Shown here: one piece after another, positions 27,883 through 38,248 of the stretch
How the letters are laid out: every line of letters starts with the position of its first letter
Numbering within the stretch: position 1 is the first letter of the stretch
Assembly (NCBI GenBank): GCA_012646185.1
Contig: GCA_012646185.1_4706.1
Length of the DNA: 64,000 nt
Reading direction: 5' to 3' (one strand)
DNA from: a phage
The notes under the pieces: generated by a model
The model's input: only the letters and a program-made list of their open reading frames with translations
What the model was told of the DNA's origin: nothing
Databases searched by the model: none
Made by a program: the position numbers and the translations under genes

Positions 27883-30473
27883 TCACCTTTGATTGTGTAA
27901 AACTTCGTGAAGTCCACGCGATCTTTCAAGAACTCACGACTGACGCGTTCTAAGAACCGCAGTTGTTTAACCGTAACTTCAAGCGGCGTCCAACTGTCGT
28001 GTGGATGAATAGAGACCATCCGCCAATCGTAATTACGTAACGCAGGATCGTAGTCATAGAACCATTTATACGGCTCCATGAAATCCATCAGTTTAACGTC
28101 CTGCATATCAGGATCGGGATCGATAACACCATTGATAAGATCGTACGTTACCGCCATCAACGTTGGGCTGATAAGCTGGTATTTGTTTTCAATCGTTACC
28201 GGCGTATCGTACTTCACACGAGGGAAATACAAGGACATATAGTCTTCAACGCGTTTATCGGTTTCAAGACTTTTGTCGCGTAGATAATACGTGTCTGTGT
28301 TCACGAGACCACGGATAGGGGCAATAACGTGGTAAATCGCATAAGGCACCCCATCGTTGACTTTGATGTCAGCAGGGTATTGTGTGTCCTCAGCTGTAAC
28401 CACTTCGCTACGATCGTAAATACGTCCACCAACCACAATACGAACAACATGGTCGTCACGAACATTAAACACGTCGTCGTAAGAAAGCTGATTATGCATC
28501 GTCCAACCGGTATCGTAAACGGTTTCACTGGTTAAGTCCGTACGTGGAAAACCGGTGCATCTCACGGTAACCGTGTGTGTGTTCCCCTCACTGAAATACC
28601 GTTTCGCGTTGATCATGATCGTTGGCCATTTTACGATATAATCGATATCGCGTACCAAGCTGTAGCTTTTGGTTGCTCGCTCGTCACCTAACCATACTTC
28701 GATTTGACCAGGTTCGAAAGGCAGCGGGTATTCAACATCAATACCCGTCGTAACATCCAACCATACGGTGTGATTACGATGTTGTATCGTGGTCTTATAC
28801 GCTAAGAAGTAGGTGTCGAACAATACTAAACCGGTTTGCTTTCTTCCGTCCAACGACCATTTTATTACCCCGTTCTCTTCCGTTACCACAGAAGCATCAT
28901 CGGTAACATCCTTCCATGTGTTCGCAACAGGTTGTCCGTTACGAAGGTTTACGCTGTAGCAGCGGTAACTTGCCCACTCACGGATTGGGACGTCGGCAAC
29001 ACCCATCACGTAATCAAGCGTTCTCCCACCAACACCCGATCGGCCCTCAACATAGGACGTGGTTTCATATTGCGGATAAAAATGTCGGCCTGCCGGATGT
29101 TGCGTGATACCCAATAATAGACCGTCACTGTCGTACTCGAAGAACGTCGCATTTGCACGCAAACCCCACGGTACTTCAGCGGTAGGGGTACCCATATCGT
29201 CAGTAACGCGTTGTGGACTATCTGCAACCAGTTTTGCCATCGCGTTATACCCGTAAGCGGAGGTCACCATGTCGATCGTGATATTGCTTTCCTTATTACG
29301 CATGATGCGTGTATAATCACTGGCTTCAAGCGTACGTGCAAAGAACTCGGGTATATTAGCGTTCTGTTCTAACATCGCACCGACGATGACGTCGTCTGGA
29401 AGTTTATACAATTCGTGGATGCGGTTATGTTCGAAGGTTAACTGCGTTTTCAAACCGCTATCACGGACAACCACTTCCAGGGTTAAATCACGAAGCGATT
29501 CTGCTCCATCAACCCGTTCAACGAAGTAACTGACATAATCAACAGGAATCCCGTAATCACGATGCGTGAGCATGCGGATACTATTTTCCTGGTTGGTATG
29601 GTAATAACGTCCTTTTCCGTTAGGTCCTTTCACGTAGATATCAACGTCATCACGATACCGGATTTTAGTATCCGCTTCATCTTTCGGCGGATGAATAAGA
29701 TACTTCACTTTTTTGTCCAGATCGCTGTTGTACGTTCTAAGATCTTCTACACGGAAGCTGTACCGATGAACAACTGTGCCATCATAGATGACCTGAATGC
29801 TATCGCCGATCTTAAAACTTGACGGTGGGATGTCTTCAACCGCTTCACCATTGATACTACAGTGCGTCCAACCGATTCCGGTTTCCTGGATCTTTTTACG
29901 CCAGGCGTATAGCTGACGCTGCCACTGTAGAACCTGTGTCGAGCTGGTTACAATCCCCCCAAGGACATGCACTTCACGCCCCGCCGGTTTCGTGTATGAT
30001 GGATAGCCTTCCGCGAAGTCAGCGTTGAGATAGGTGCGCCAGTAATAATCACCAACGCCAAGGTCAGCGATATTCGGTTGGTCGAGCACACAGACCAGCA
30101 TCGTTTCGTTTTCCAGATTACCCGTCCACGTTAATGTCAACGGGAATTCTTTACCGTCCTCGGTATAGATATTGTAATACGATCCCTTCACCTCACAGAA
30201 CTTGCTGAGTTCTCGCCACCACAACCGACCCGCCCCGACATTAAAATCCTCTCCCATGTGTCGTCCAATAACAAACACATGGAACGTATTGGTATCATCA
30301 GGAAGATTGAATGTACGATGCCAAGCCGTAAAGTTTTTTACTGCGCCGGTCTTTCCGGTAATACGACGCATCTTGATACGATGCTGGTTGTCCATTAATG
30401 GACGGCAGTTCACGTTCAGCGCAGCATGATTTATCAAGTATTGCGCTGTAGGATTAGAAGCGTTCAACACCAC
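27879..30473 (-). CDS. hypothetical large structural protein (864 aa)
   Basis: Long ORF with GTG start after a GGAGG SD; sits between terminase and the sheath/tube genes; no motif-level identification (a portal role is possible but unsupported). Confidence 0.65.
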   Translation of the reverse strand: MVLNASNPTAQYLINHAALNVNCRPLMDNQHRIKMRRITGKTGAVKNFTAWHRTFNLPDDTNTFHVFVIGRHMGEDFNVGAGRLWWRELSKFCEVKGSYYNIYTEDGKEFPLTLTWTGNLENETMLVCVLDQPNIADLGVGDYYWRTYLNADFAEGYPSYTKPAGREVHVLGGIVTSSTQVLQWQRQLYAWRKKIQETGIGWTHCSINGEAVEDIPPSSFKIGDSIQVIYDGTVVHRYSFRVEDLRTYNSDLDKKVKYLIHPPKDEADTKIRYRDDVDIYVKGPNGKGRYYHTNQENSIRMLTHRDYGIPVDYVSYFVERVDGAESLRDLTLEVVVRDSGLKTQLTFEHNRIHELYKLPDDVIVGAMLEQNANIPEFFARTLEASDYTRIMRNKESNITIDMVTSAYGYNAMAKLVADSPQRVTDDMGTPTAEVPWGLRANATFFEYDSDGLLLGITQHPAGRHFYPQYETTSYVEGRSGVGGRTLDYVMGVADVPIREWASYRCYSVNLRNGQPVANTWKDVTDDASVVTEENGVIKWSLDGRKQTGLVLFDTYFLAYKTTIQHRNHTVWLDVTTGIDVEYPLPFEPGQIEVWLGDERATKSYSLVRDIDYIVKWPTIMINAKRYFSEGNTHTVTVRCTGFPRTDLTSETVYDTGWTMHNQLSYDDVFNVRDDHVVRIVVGGRIYDRSEVVTAEDTQYPADIKVNDGVPYAIYHVIAPIRGLVNTDTYYLRDKSLETDKRVEDYMSLYFPRVKYDTPVTIENKYQLISPTLMAVTYDLINGVIDPDPDMQDVKLMDFMEPYKWFYDYDPALRNYDWRMVSIHPHDSWTPLEVTVKQLRFLERVSREFLKDRVDFTKFYTIKGE

Positions 30474-31401
30474 GGCATGCCTCCAGGAGGTATTTCATGT
30501 TGGCTTGGAAATCATTGACGTCACGCGCCATACGACGCTGATCCGCCATGAGACGAGCCAACACGGTATCACGGTAACCACGATCGTGGTCGGCAGCAGA
30601 GCATAAAAGAATAAATGTTGGTGGATGCTCTAAAGCAATCCCAGCAACTTCTTTGCTATAACCCCCAACCCAGCTGTAAGCGGTGATTTCAAACAACAAC
30701 GCTTGGGTTAACGTGTTCAAACGGGGACTAATATTACTTTCTTTTAGTGCGGTTACAAAAGCTGCCATGTTAGGGATATAACCCAGGTTTTCGGTTACGA
30801 TACCGATGCTCGCAAAATCGTAACGAAGCGTTGTCTGGATGGTGCGCACCATAGTTAGTCTTTCATTATTTGTAAGGCTATCTTTAAATAAGCAAAGATA
30901 GTACCACGCTGTTATGATGGCAACGTCACGACGTTGTTGGAGATCCAGACCTAAACGTTGAGTAATTTGTCCACTGATCCAATCGCAGAAGACACGCATC
31001 GGGATAGGGCCAAGACGTTCAAAAGGACGTGTGCCCAAGGATTCCCATCCTACCTGAAGATACGCACGTGATTGAAGAAAGTTATATTCACGTTCGTTAA
31101 CGACGGTAGTACGCGATCCTGGGCGTGAAGTGTCGGTTGGTGTGCGAGCATAGGCACGCTGGTCGATGACGACGCGTTGTCCATCCATCACCGTTTTAAT
31201 CACCAGCGGATGACCGAAGGAAGGAATATCGTCTAACGTGTTTTTGTTACCGATAACTTCTAAGACGGGGGTGTTTACACCATTTTCTTCTCCTGGTGCG
31301 CTTAACAACCCACCGACATAAGCAACCTCGATTGCGGTGCGAATACGGTCAATCCCTTTGAGTTTTGTTCCAACAGTTGTGTCGTAAGGAGAGATGAACA
31401 T
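30454..31401 (-). CDS. hypothetical protein
   Basis: ORF track 30454..31446 starts at a GTG; the ATG at 31401 has an AAGGAA SD. Confidence 0.55.
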   Translation of the reverse strand: MFISPYDTTVGTKLKGIDRIRTAIEVAYVGGLLSAPGEENGVNTPVLEVIGNKNTLDDIPSFGHPLVIKTVMDGQRVVIDQRAYARTPTDTSRPGSRTTVVNEREYNFLQSRAYLQVGWESLGTRPFERLGPIPMRVFCDWISGQITQRLGLDLQQRRDVAIITAWYYLCLFKDSLTNNERLTMVRTIQTTLRYDFASIGIVTENLGYIPNMAAFVTALKESNISPRLNTLTQALLFEITAYSWVGGYSKEVAGIALEHPPTFILLCSAADHDRGYRDTVLARLMADQRRMARDVNDFQANMKYLLEACRGVERF

Positions 31402-31461
31402 AGATAATTCCTTTATTACGGCATAGTAAGAAAACGGGTTACGCACACAGATTTAAGCATA

Positions 31462-31480
31462 ATGGTAATATTTTACGTAA
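31462..31480 (-). promoter_or_regulatory. degenerate early-promoter-like motif (AATATTAC on minus strand)
   Basis: Plus strand atggtaatattttacg in the divergent region between 31401 and 31547. Confidence 0.25.
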
Positions 31481-31546
31481 TGCCTATGACATTGTGTCAC
31501 GTGTGCAATTATGTCATACAATTTCCTTAATTTAAGGAGAGTTATA

Positions 31547-33625
31547 ATGAGGCTCAAAAACAGTACGCCTCGCGCGATTTTCACGGGCTTTAAAGAGGGT
31601 CTCACTACGGATCCGGTAACCGCCCCTGAGATCACGCCCATTCACCTCCCGTATGTCTACATTCAGGGTGGTCGTGGTAAAGAGGATACCTTGCTTTTAA
31701 CAGGGGACGCCCTGTCCACCGTTTACGGTGACGAAATGTTGAATTACCGTAGTAAGTATGCTTCTCCTGCAACACTGATTGCACGTCAAGCGGCTTCAAC
31801 CGGTAGCGCAATTTTCACCAAACGTTTGGTGTCACCCGATGCAAAATACGCCCGTATTCGTATCGGTGTAGAAGTGGTTGACGATGTTCTTCCGGTTTGG
31901 CAGCGTAACCCTGACGGTTCCTATAAAAAGGATCAGGACGGCAACCGTATTCAGGACGGCGACAAAGTCACCAATAAAATCAAAATGCGTTGGGTCGTTA
32001 ACCACGACAAAGACGCTGACTCGCCGCATGAATTCGGTAAAGATGAAGTCACTATCGGATCGATGACCGCAACCGCGGACGACGCTCAGAGTAACTACTA
32101 TCCGATTCTGGATGGTCTGGTAAGCTGGCGCGGTGAGGAAGGTAACAATATCGGTCTGCGTTTAGAAGCGCCGACCGCATTGAGCAGCAATCCGACCCGT
32201 ACCGACATCATCGAACGCATCGGTGCATTCCTGTATCGCATTCAGTTCGTTGAACGTAAATCGGCACGTACCGCACCGACGGTCATCCGTACCATCAGCG
32301 GTATGGAACAAGAAACGTTCGCGTTGCAGACAGGTGTTATCCATCCGGACGACGAGACTGATCTGTCCTTTGATAAAGTCGTTGTTGACGCCTACGAGTA
32401 CAATGAAACGGGGAATACTCCGATCTTTGCACCGATGGATCAACTTCACATCTATCAGAAGAATATCGACGAACTGACCAAGCGTCTGTATGATGCTGAG
32501 AAAGCGGAAGCAGGAAACCACCTGTTGACCGACGTGGAATTCGTTGAAGGTCAGATGAACATCCTTACCGGTGTTGACTACAACGGTATTCCGTATTACT
32601 CGGTGGAAGTCCTGGATGCAGACGAAGGCGGCGTTATCTTTGATGGCGGCAGCACCTTCTACGCGATCGACGGTAGCGATGGCACCGTTGACTGGGATAC
32701 CTTCGATGCGTTAGCGCAACAGCAGTTCGAATCGTTCGGCAACATGGGCGAAGATCTGGAAGACATGGCTTTCTATCCGTTCTCCATCGTGTATGACATT
32801 GGTTACAAAGTCGACACGAAGAAAGCGATGGCAAACGTCTTGTCTCTGCGTCCGGATGTCATGATCATTGCGTCAACCCATACCTGGAAGGGTGTGGAAC
32901 TGAATGTTGATGAAGAAAGCTCCATGGGTGCAATGCTGCGTAACTATTACCGCCTGCATCCAGAAAGCGTGCTTTACAATACCCCAGCTTGCCGTGCTGC
33001 GGTATTCATGCAATACGGTGAAAGCATCGAAGCGCCAAGCCTGGGTAAAGTTCCGTTGACGCTGGAAGTTGCGAATAAACTTGCAACTTACATGGGTGCT
33101 TCGGATGGTGTTATCCGTGGTACCCGCATCGATAACAACCCTGGTAACGTTGTCACAACGATGCGTAAAATCAACAAGACGTATCGTAACGCAACGGTCC
33201 GCGATCGTGATTGGGAAAACGGCTTGAACTATGTTCAGACCTACAACCGTAATTCCAACTTCTTCCCGGCTTGGGGCACGATCTACAATAACGACCGTTC
33301 GGTATGGCGTTCGTTGATCAACGTGATCATCGGTTGCGATCTAACTCGTGTCTGCTATCGTCTCTGGGCAGAAACCACCGGTACAACAGGAATGGATGAA
33401 ACCCTGTTCCTGAAACTGATGGGCGAACGCTTCCTGGAATACACCACGGGCCGTTACAACGACCACGTGACTGTTAAGGGACGTTTCTACCTGGATAAAG
33501 AAGACGGTTACAACGGCTTCAGCTATCACGGCGATATCAGCCTGATCGGCGATCCAGGCATGACCGTGGGTACGTTTACCATCACCGGGCTGCGTCGTAA
33601 CACCGAAGCAGCAGAAGCGGCGTAA
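31547..33625 (+). CDS. tail sheath protein (putative)
   Basis: ORF track 31511..33625 trimmed to the ATG at 31547 (AAGGAGA SD); ~690 aa, followed 15 nt later by a ~296-aa ORF as in phiKZ gp29/gp30; codon usage typical of an abundant protein; call rests on size and synteny. Confidence 0.6.
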   Translation: MRLKNSTPRAIFTGFKEGLTTDPVTAPEITPIHLPYVYIQGGRGKEDTLLLTGDALSTVYGDEMLNYRSKYASPATLIARQAASTGSAIFTKRLVSPDAKYARIRIGVEVVDDVLPVWQRNPDGSYKKDQDGNRIQDGDKVTNKIKMRWVVNHDKDADSPHEFGKDEVTIGSMTATADDAQSNYYPILDGLVSWRGEEGNNIGLRLEAPTALSSNPTRTDIIERIGAFLYRIQFVERKSARTAPTVIRTISGMEQETFALQTGVIHPDDETDLSFDKVVVDAYEYNETGNTPIFAPMDQLHIYQKNIDELTKRLYDAEKAEAGNHLLTDVEFVEGQMNILTGVDYNGIPYYSVEVLDADEGGVIFDGGSTFYAIDGSDGTVDWDTFDALAQQQFESFGNMGEDLEDMAFYPFSIVYDIGYKVDTKKAMANVLSLRPDVMIIASTHTWKGVELNVDEESSMGAMLRNYYRLHPESVLYNTPACRAAVFMQYGESIEAPSLGKVPLTLEVANKLATYMGASDGVIRGTRIDNNPGNVVTTMRKINKTYRNATVRDRDWENGLNYVQTYNRNSNFFPAWGTIYNNDRSVWRSLINVIIGCDLTRVCYRLWAETTGTTGMDETLFLKLMGERFLEYTTGRYNDHVTVKGRFYLDKEDGYNGFSYHGDISLIGDPGMTVGTFTITGLRRNTEAAEAA

Positions 33626-33640
33626 TGAGAGGAGTCCATA

Positions 33641-34531
33641 ATGCGTCCTGATAATACCCTACTCGGTGAACAGGGTGTTGGTGCTCTTAGCAACGCGGCT
33701 ATGGTCGATATTCGTGCAGGTGCCCAAAACGGGTACATCAGCAATATCGGTACGTACGTTGCTAACGCCAACTACATTCCTAACCAAATGTTCTGTCTCC
33801 TGCTGGAGGCACCACGTGGTTTCAACTATCTACCTAACCCGGATGTACAGATTGGTTATCTGAAGGCGTTGGTAGAAGAGGTTGCGCATTCGATTACCGG
33901 TCTGCAACGCGGATTGGAAGTTGAATTCGTTAGCGTCCCGGTTTCTGGTTCCGGTGAAATCCAGGAAGAAGTTTCTGACGTTAAACGTCCTCGCTCTAAC
34001 CCGACTTTCGGGATCTATGAGAAAGAAGGTCGTTCCGTTAGTTACTTCCTGGAACAATGGATCACGTATCTGTTGATGGATCCGGATGCCAAATATCCGA
34101 TGTTGTCGTCTATCGTATCCACCGGTGGTCCAACCGACCTGCTGGCGGATTATCGTAGCGCAACAATGCTGTTCGTTGAGCCAGACCGTCAACACAAGAA
34201 AGTGGTTAACGCCTGGCTGTGCACGAACATGATGCCTCATGGTACCGGCGACTGGACATCACGTCGTAACAAGAACGATGCGCCAAACGTGGTAGAATTG
34301 AGCATTCAGTTCACCGCGTTAACACAGACCAACTACGGCGTGCGTGCTTTTGCACAACGTCTGCTGGATAAGATGAACCTGCTTAAAGTGAACCCGGATT
34401 TCCGTCCGGCTTATCTGAGCGACATCGATCCGGCTGTGGCAGCGCAGAAGGTTGGCTATACCTTCGACTTTGATAACAACGATACCTTTGAGGTACCGAA
34501 TACTTATCAAAACGTAACACCTCGCGTGTAA
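33641..34531 (+). CDS. tail tube protein (putative)
   Basis: 296-aa ORF with GAGAGGAG SD directly after the sheath candidate. Confidence 0.5.
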   Translation: MRPDNTLLGEQGVGALSNAAMVDIRAGAQNGYISNIGTYVANANYIPNQMFCLLLEAPRGFNYLPNPDVQIGYLKALVEEVAHSITGLQRGLEVEFVSVPVSGSGEIQEEVSDVKRPRSNPTFGIYEKEGRSVSYFLEQWITYLLMDPDAKYPMLSSIVSTGGPTDLLADYRSATMLFVEPDRQHKKVVNAWLCTNMMPHGTGDWTSRRNKNDAPNVVELSIQFTALTQTNYGVRAFAQRLLDKMNLLKVNPDFRPAYLSDIDPAVAAQKVGYTFDFDNNDTFEVPNTYQNVTPRV

Positions 34532-34557
34532 CGTAAAAAAAAAAGCATATTAACCTC

Positions 34558-34594
34558 CCTTCCTTCCCCGGCCTTGACGGCTAGGGAAGGAAGG
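34558..34594. terminator. bidirectional terminator hairpin (11-bp stem)
   Basis: ccttccttccc - loop - gggaaggaagg between convergent CDSs; A10 run upstream on the plus strand. Confidence 0.55.
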
Positions 34595-34606
34595 TTTATG
34601 GTTTAT

Positions 34607-35146
34607 TTACTGTTTGTTCGTGGCTTCACGAATGAAAATAACATCAGGATATTCTTGGGATTCAATGAATTCAGGATTACGATAACGACGAATGTGACGC
34701 ATTGTCGTACAAGCAAGTTTGTAAAGATGTTCCTCCTCACGTTGTGTTAATAACATCAGTTGCGCGTCTGGAATCACGAATGGGAGTCTTTCATTCACGT
34801 ATTCCCGAAGGTCATCGAGATCATCGTGATGAATGCCCTCTGAGAGCTTATATAACGCTTCCAGCAATTCTAATCCACCGAACTGGTAACTTCCTATTGT
34901 CGTCTTAAACAATGCGCCAGAACGCGTGGTGGATGCTCTATCGGCGACATCGTATTGTTCTAACATATATCCGTAGACCATGCTACGTCGATCCAGTGTA
35001 TCCGTAACGAGATTACGCCACCGTTCTAGTCTTTTGAGCGCTTTGTCGATAGAGTAAACGATCATGCCATGTTCATCCAACTCTTCCGCAATACCCAATA
35101 GTTCATTGTTGTTAGGTTTTGCTGCACCGATAAGAAAAACACTCAT
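34607..35146 (-). CDS. hypothetical protein
   Basis: 179-aa ORF. Confidence 0.6.
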   Translation of the reverse strand: MSVFLIGAAKPNNNELLGIAEELDEHGMIVYSIDKALKRLERWRNLVTDTLDRRSMVYGYMLEQYDVADRASTTRSGALFKTTIGSYQFGGLELLEALYKLSEGIHHDDLDDLREYVNERLPFVIPDAQLMLLTQREEEHLYKLACTTMRHIRRYRNPEFIESQEYPDVIFIREATNKQ

Positions 35147-35559
35147 TACTCAAACTCCTTATTCCAAAACTCGATTAATGAATCGAGCTGTTCCTTACTG
35201 GTTATCTCACCTCCCCTAACAAAATGAAATCGTTCTTGAATGGCGATCTTTTCAAGGATATCGGTAAGCGAATGACGGTGACAGAAATTTCCTGCAGGAC
35301 AATAACACCCTAACACCACAACCGGATGGGAGAATAAAGCCAGCCACTCCGATGTATGATCAACAAAGCTTTTACGCATAAGCGTGTAGTAGCCTGCGGT
35401 ATATTCATCCTCGGTTAACGTTTTTGATTTGATTCCTGTAACAAGTTCCCATGAAGGTGCGAAGAGCGGGTTACCTGTTTTCACCGTCGTGTCCAGTAGG
35501 AACGCTCGTGTGTCTGAAAGCCAACGATATTTGGCTAATTGAAGGGTGTATAAAAACAC
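35146..35559 (-). CDS. DUF488-like protein (conserved LGCYC...FCHRH motif)
   Basis: 137 aa; C-terminal VVVLGCYCPAGNFCHRH recalls the CHR signature of the DUF488 family; recalled from memory, not searched. Confidence 0.45.
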   Translation of the reverse strand: MFLYTLQLAKYRWLSDTRAFLLDTTVKTGNPLFAPSWELVTGIKSKTLTEDEYTAGYYTLMRKSFVDHTSEWLALFSHPVVVLGCYCPAGNFCHRHSLTDILEKIAIQERFHFVRGGEITSKEQLDSLIEFWNKEFE

Positions 35560-35602
35560 AGCGCTAACCCCAAAGGATAAAAATAAAACCTTGACATAAC
35601 CA

Positions 35603-35632
35603 CCACCGTAGCCCCATACAGGGCTACGGTGG
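35603..35632 (-). terminator. hairpin (12-bp stem)
   Basis: ccaccgtagccc - atacag - gggctacggtgg. Confidence 0.45.
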
Positions 35633-35662
35633 GGTCATACAGAGAGACGTGTTAAGTTACAA

Positions 35663-36142
35663 TCAGTCTTTCAGCAGCTCAGCTGCATACGCACTGATGT
35701 TGTCGCGAATATGCTTAACCTGAGTTGTCGGGAAAGATTTCTTATACGCGGTAGTCAGGCGTCCGTAAACCTGTTTCTTCTCGTTAGAGCCGAAACCAAC
35801 TTCAGCGCTACGTTGAACCGTTGCAGACACAACGTCTTTGCCCAGCGGCAGGGTTACAGAAACAACGTCAACCTGTTTGTTATCCGCCATGAACTGCGCG
35901 CCAACGCGGCCAACCGCCAGACCGTGAGCCAGACCGATATCGGTGGTCAGTTTCTGTGCTTTTTCCAGGATTTCTTTTTCTTCCGGCGTTACCAGAGTAC
36001 CCAGGAAATCACTGCCTAACTTCTGGCTACCAGATTCGTCCAGTTTAATACCAGCGGCGATTTTATCAGAAAGAGCCTGAACTTCCGGACGTACGTTAGA
36101 AGTGGTTTCAGTCGCTACGGTGGTTTCTACAGCTTCAGACAT
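35663..36142 (-). CDS. hypothetical abundant protein
   Basis: 159-aa ORF with strongly biased codon usage; early-promoter motif ~120 nt upstream. Confidence 0.65.
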   Translation of the reverse strand: MSEAVETTVATETTSNVRPEVQALSDKIAAGIKLDESGSQKLGSDFLGTLVTPEEKEILEKAQKLTTDIGLAHGLAVGRVGAQFMADNKQVDVVSVTLPLGKDVVSATVQRSAEVGFGSNEKKQVYGRLTTAYKKSFPTTQVKHIRDNISAYAAELLKD

Positions 36143-36257
36143 GTTAATACTCCAATTAGTTTTTTCGATCGATCAAAAGGATAAAATCAGAAGATTCTTT
36201 CTTCATAGGGAAAACACAAGTCGGTTAAGGTTTACTTCTTAAACTCCTTGCGTTCTA

Positions 36258-36290
36258 TCAGTTAGGTAATATAGACCTCAACTTTTTTCC
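36258..36290 (-). promoter_or_regulatory. phiKZ-type early promoter motif (GAAAAAAG...TATATTAC on minus strand)
   Basis: Plus strand cagttaggtaatatagacctcaacttttttcc. Confidence 0.55.
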
Positions 36291-37078
36291 AATAATGCTG
36301 CAACGTTCCGCGCGAAACGAATTACCTTGTAATTGCGGGTCTGTTTGATATCTTCTTCCCCATCACTGTCACCTTCAGACGGATCTTCCCACATGAAGTC
36401 TTGTTCGTCCGCTTTCTGTAAGTAGCGGTATAACTGCACCATGCTGCGTGCGGTCGGAGAGATAGCGCGAAGCTCATCCAATTCTTCATCCGTGAGCAGA
36501 ACATGCGGTGAACGCAGTGGTTCCATTGTCGTATTACACAACAGACGAATCAGCAGATCGACGCACGGAATAACCGAACCTGGTGAGGCGATTTCTGGGT
36601 GTAATGTATAACCCCAATATACAGTGTTAAAATACGTCAAAACAGCAGGTAGTGACGGATGTTCCATCGCACGGCCAATTTGTTGTCTTACGATAGATGC
36701 ACGATCGTTCAATACATCGAAAGTAATCTGCTGCGGTTCCATAACCGCAAGTGAAATACCGTATGCGTCAGCCACACCCAGGATTTCATGAAGGGCCGAA
36801 CGTTCTTCTTCGGTGGATATTGTCCCGATTGCCTTACGCCCTGCAAGGTCAATCAGCATCGGTGAAACAGCTTCTTTAACCGCATTAAAAGAAGCCTGGT
36901 AAGCGTGTTTGTGAATATACAGCGTCCACGCTAATGCGCGCTCAGCCGCATGAAGCAGATCGACATAAGACAGTTCTTGATGGCATGGGCCATACACACT
37001 CACAGCAAGCTTGGTGGCTTTCTCAGAGGCTTGCATAATAACATCCGGTGATTTAGGCATATCGCGTTCTTCTTGCAT
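36278..37078 (-). CDS. hypothetical protein
   Basis: 266-aa ORF; TTTTTATGCCGT motif ~87 nt upstream. Confidence 0.6.
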   Translation of the reverse strand: MQEERDMPKSPDVIMQASEKATKLAVSVYGPCHQELSYVDLLHAAERALAWTLYIHKHAYQASFNAVKEAVSPMLIDLAGRKAIGTISTEEERSALHEILGVADAYGISLAVMEPQQITFDVLNDRASIVRQQIGRAMEHPSLPAVLTYFNTVYWGYTLHPEIASPGSVIPCVDLLIRLLCNTTMEPLRSPHVLLTDEELDELRAISPTARSMVQLYRYLQKADEQDFMWEDPSEGDSDGEEDIKQTRNYKVIRFARNVAALLEKS

Positions 37079-37166
37079 CTTTTAAATTCCTACTTAACAA
37101 TAAAGTTCATATACGGCGTATGTATCCGTAGAATAATGAGTTCCGGTAAGATCTTACATCAAAATG

Positions 37167-37178
37167 ACGGCATAAAAA
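37167..37178 (-). promoter_or_regulatory. late-promoter-like motif TTTTTATGCCGT after hairpin
   Basis: Plus strand acggcataaaaa adjacent to hairpin 37181-37208. Confidence 0.5.
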
Positions 37179-37180
37179 GT

Positions 37181-37208
37181 ACCTCCTTACCCACATGGGT
37201 AAGGAGGT
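37181..37208 (-). terminator. intrinsic terminator (12-bp perfect stem, 4-nt loop)
   Basis: acctccttaccc-acat-gggtaaggaggt followed on the minus strand by a U-rich stretch. Confidence 0.6.
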
Positions 37209-37359
37209 TCGTCCATCACGACGAAAGGACGTTATGTGACGCGGTGTCCATAACGGCCCTGGTAGCAGGCATCAAAGATAACAAAAAGGATGTAAGTTGA
37301 GCTAAACCACCTAAATACGGTAACGATTACTTCCGTACACAATATAACGCAACATCTTT

Positions 37360-38169
37360 TTACCAATGATTAAAGCTGCCCGCTTTAACGACGTCACAGC
37401 GCAGATGGTTACGTAACTGATCCAGGAAGACAACCGGACTGTCGCCAGACAACATGGCCAGCGCGTGTTGGCCACCGGAACGAACAACAAGCTCATCAAC
37501 CATTGGTGCTGTAATCGGAAGATCATACGCATCCATGATTGCTTTGGCTTCCTGTTCTACGTCTTTCTGGAACCCTTCCATCGTCGGAGAGTCATATTTG
37601 GTTGCAAACTCGATCCCAGGCAAGTTAACGTAATCGTAAGTCATGACACGGGTCATAACACGACGGCGCTCACGTTGCCAGATCTGAGGATCGGTTAACG
37701 CGCGAACCGAAAAACACACGTTCACCAACGGCGTTTCAAAATCTTTACGTAATGGATCACCGTACGGCCCGCAAGGAATAACATCCCCCATCACCATCAC
37801 GACAGGACGACCACGACGATCACGTCCAGCTTCCTCTAGCCAAATCTTAGAAAAACAATGGCTTACCTTCGTTTCTTCGATTCGTAATGCTCGCTGCAAA
37901 AAGCTGGTTGCATCCTGACCGATCTCTGGTTTAGGGTGACCGTATTCACCTTTCAACGAACGATTGCGTGCGTTTGTTTGCAATAAGCTGTTTTCCAGGA
38001 ACAGCGGTTTCGAACGCTCAAGTTCGTAATATTCTTCGGTATTGTTAAAACAGTTAAATCCGCCTATAACACAGGTGTAGGCACCGTCAGCATTAGGACG
38101 GATAATACCTTTCTTATTCACACCAAGATAACTGGTGCAAACAAGATTACTAATTGGTGGTTGCATCAT
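37360..38169 (-). CDS. hypothetical protein
   Basis: 269-aa ORF; conserved ACGTCAAGAAGGT motif ~50 nt upstream. Confidence 0.6.
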   Translation of the reverse strand: MMQPPISNLVCTSYLGVNKKGIIRPNADGAYTCVIGGFNCFNNTEEYYELERSKPLFLENSLLQTNARNRSLKGEYGHPKPEIGQDATSFLQRALRIEETKVSHCFSKIWLEEAGRDRRGRPVVMVMGDVIPCGPYGDPLRKDFETPLVNVCFSVRALTDPQIWQRERRRVMTRVMTYDYVNLPGIEFATKYDSPTMEGFQKDVEQEAKAIMDAYDLPITAPMVDELVVRSGGQHALAMLSGDSPVVFLDQLRNHLRCDVVKAGSFNHW

Positions 38170-38213
38170 AACCCCTTTATAAGCAACTGAATGAAAAAAG
38201 CGTTACATTCCCG

Positions 38214-38242
38214 CTTTTACGTCAAGAAGGTGACGCGTAAGC
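38214..38242 (-). promoter_or_regulatory. candidate regulatory motif (ACCTTCTTGACGT on minus strand)
   Basis: Plus strand tacgtcaagaaggtgac; same 13-mer at 41493-41505; function unknown. Confidence 0.3.
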
Positions 38243-38248
38243 GTTATA

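Noticed and set aside
31486-31516. Isolated TATG tetramers upstream of plus-strand genes (tail sheath, 16224, 22035, 7476)
   Set aside because: A 4-mer is too frequent by chance; only the extended TTTATGCCGT copies adjacent to hairpins were reported
37073-37532. ORFs 37073..37300 (+) and 37311..37532 (-) in the 280-nt gap between 37078 and 37360
   Set aside because: The region contains a terminator hairpin plus the TTTTTATGCCGT motif; the ORFs have no SD and span these signals, so the gap is treated as regulatory
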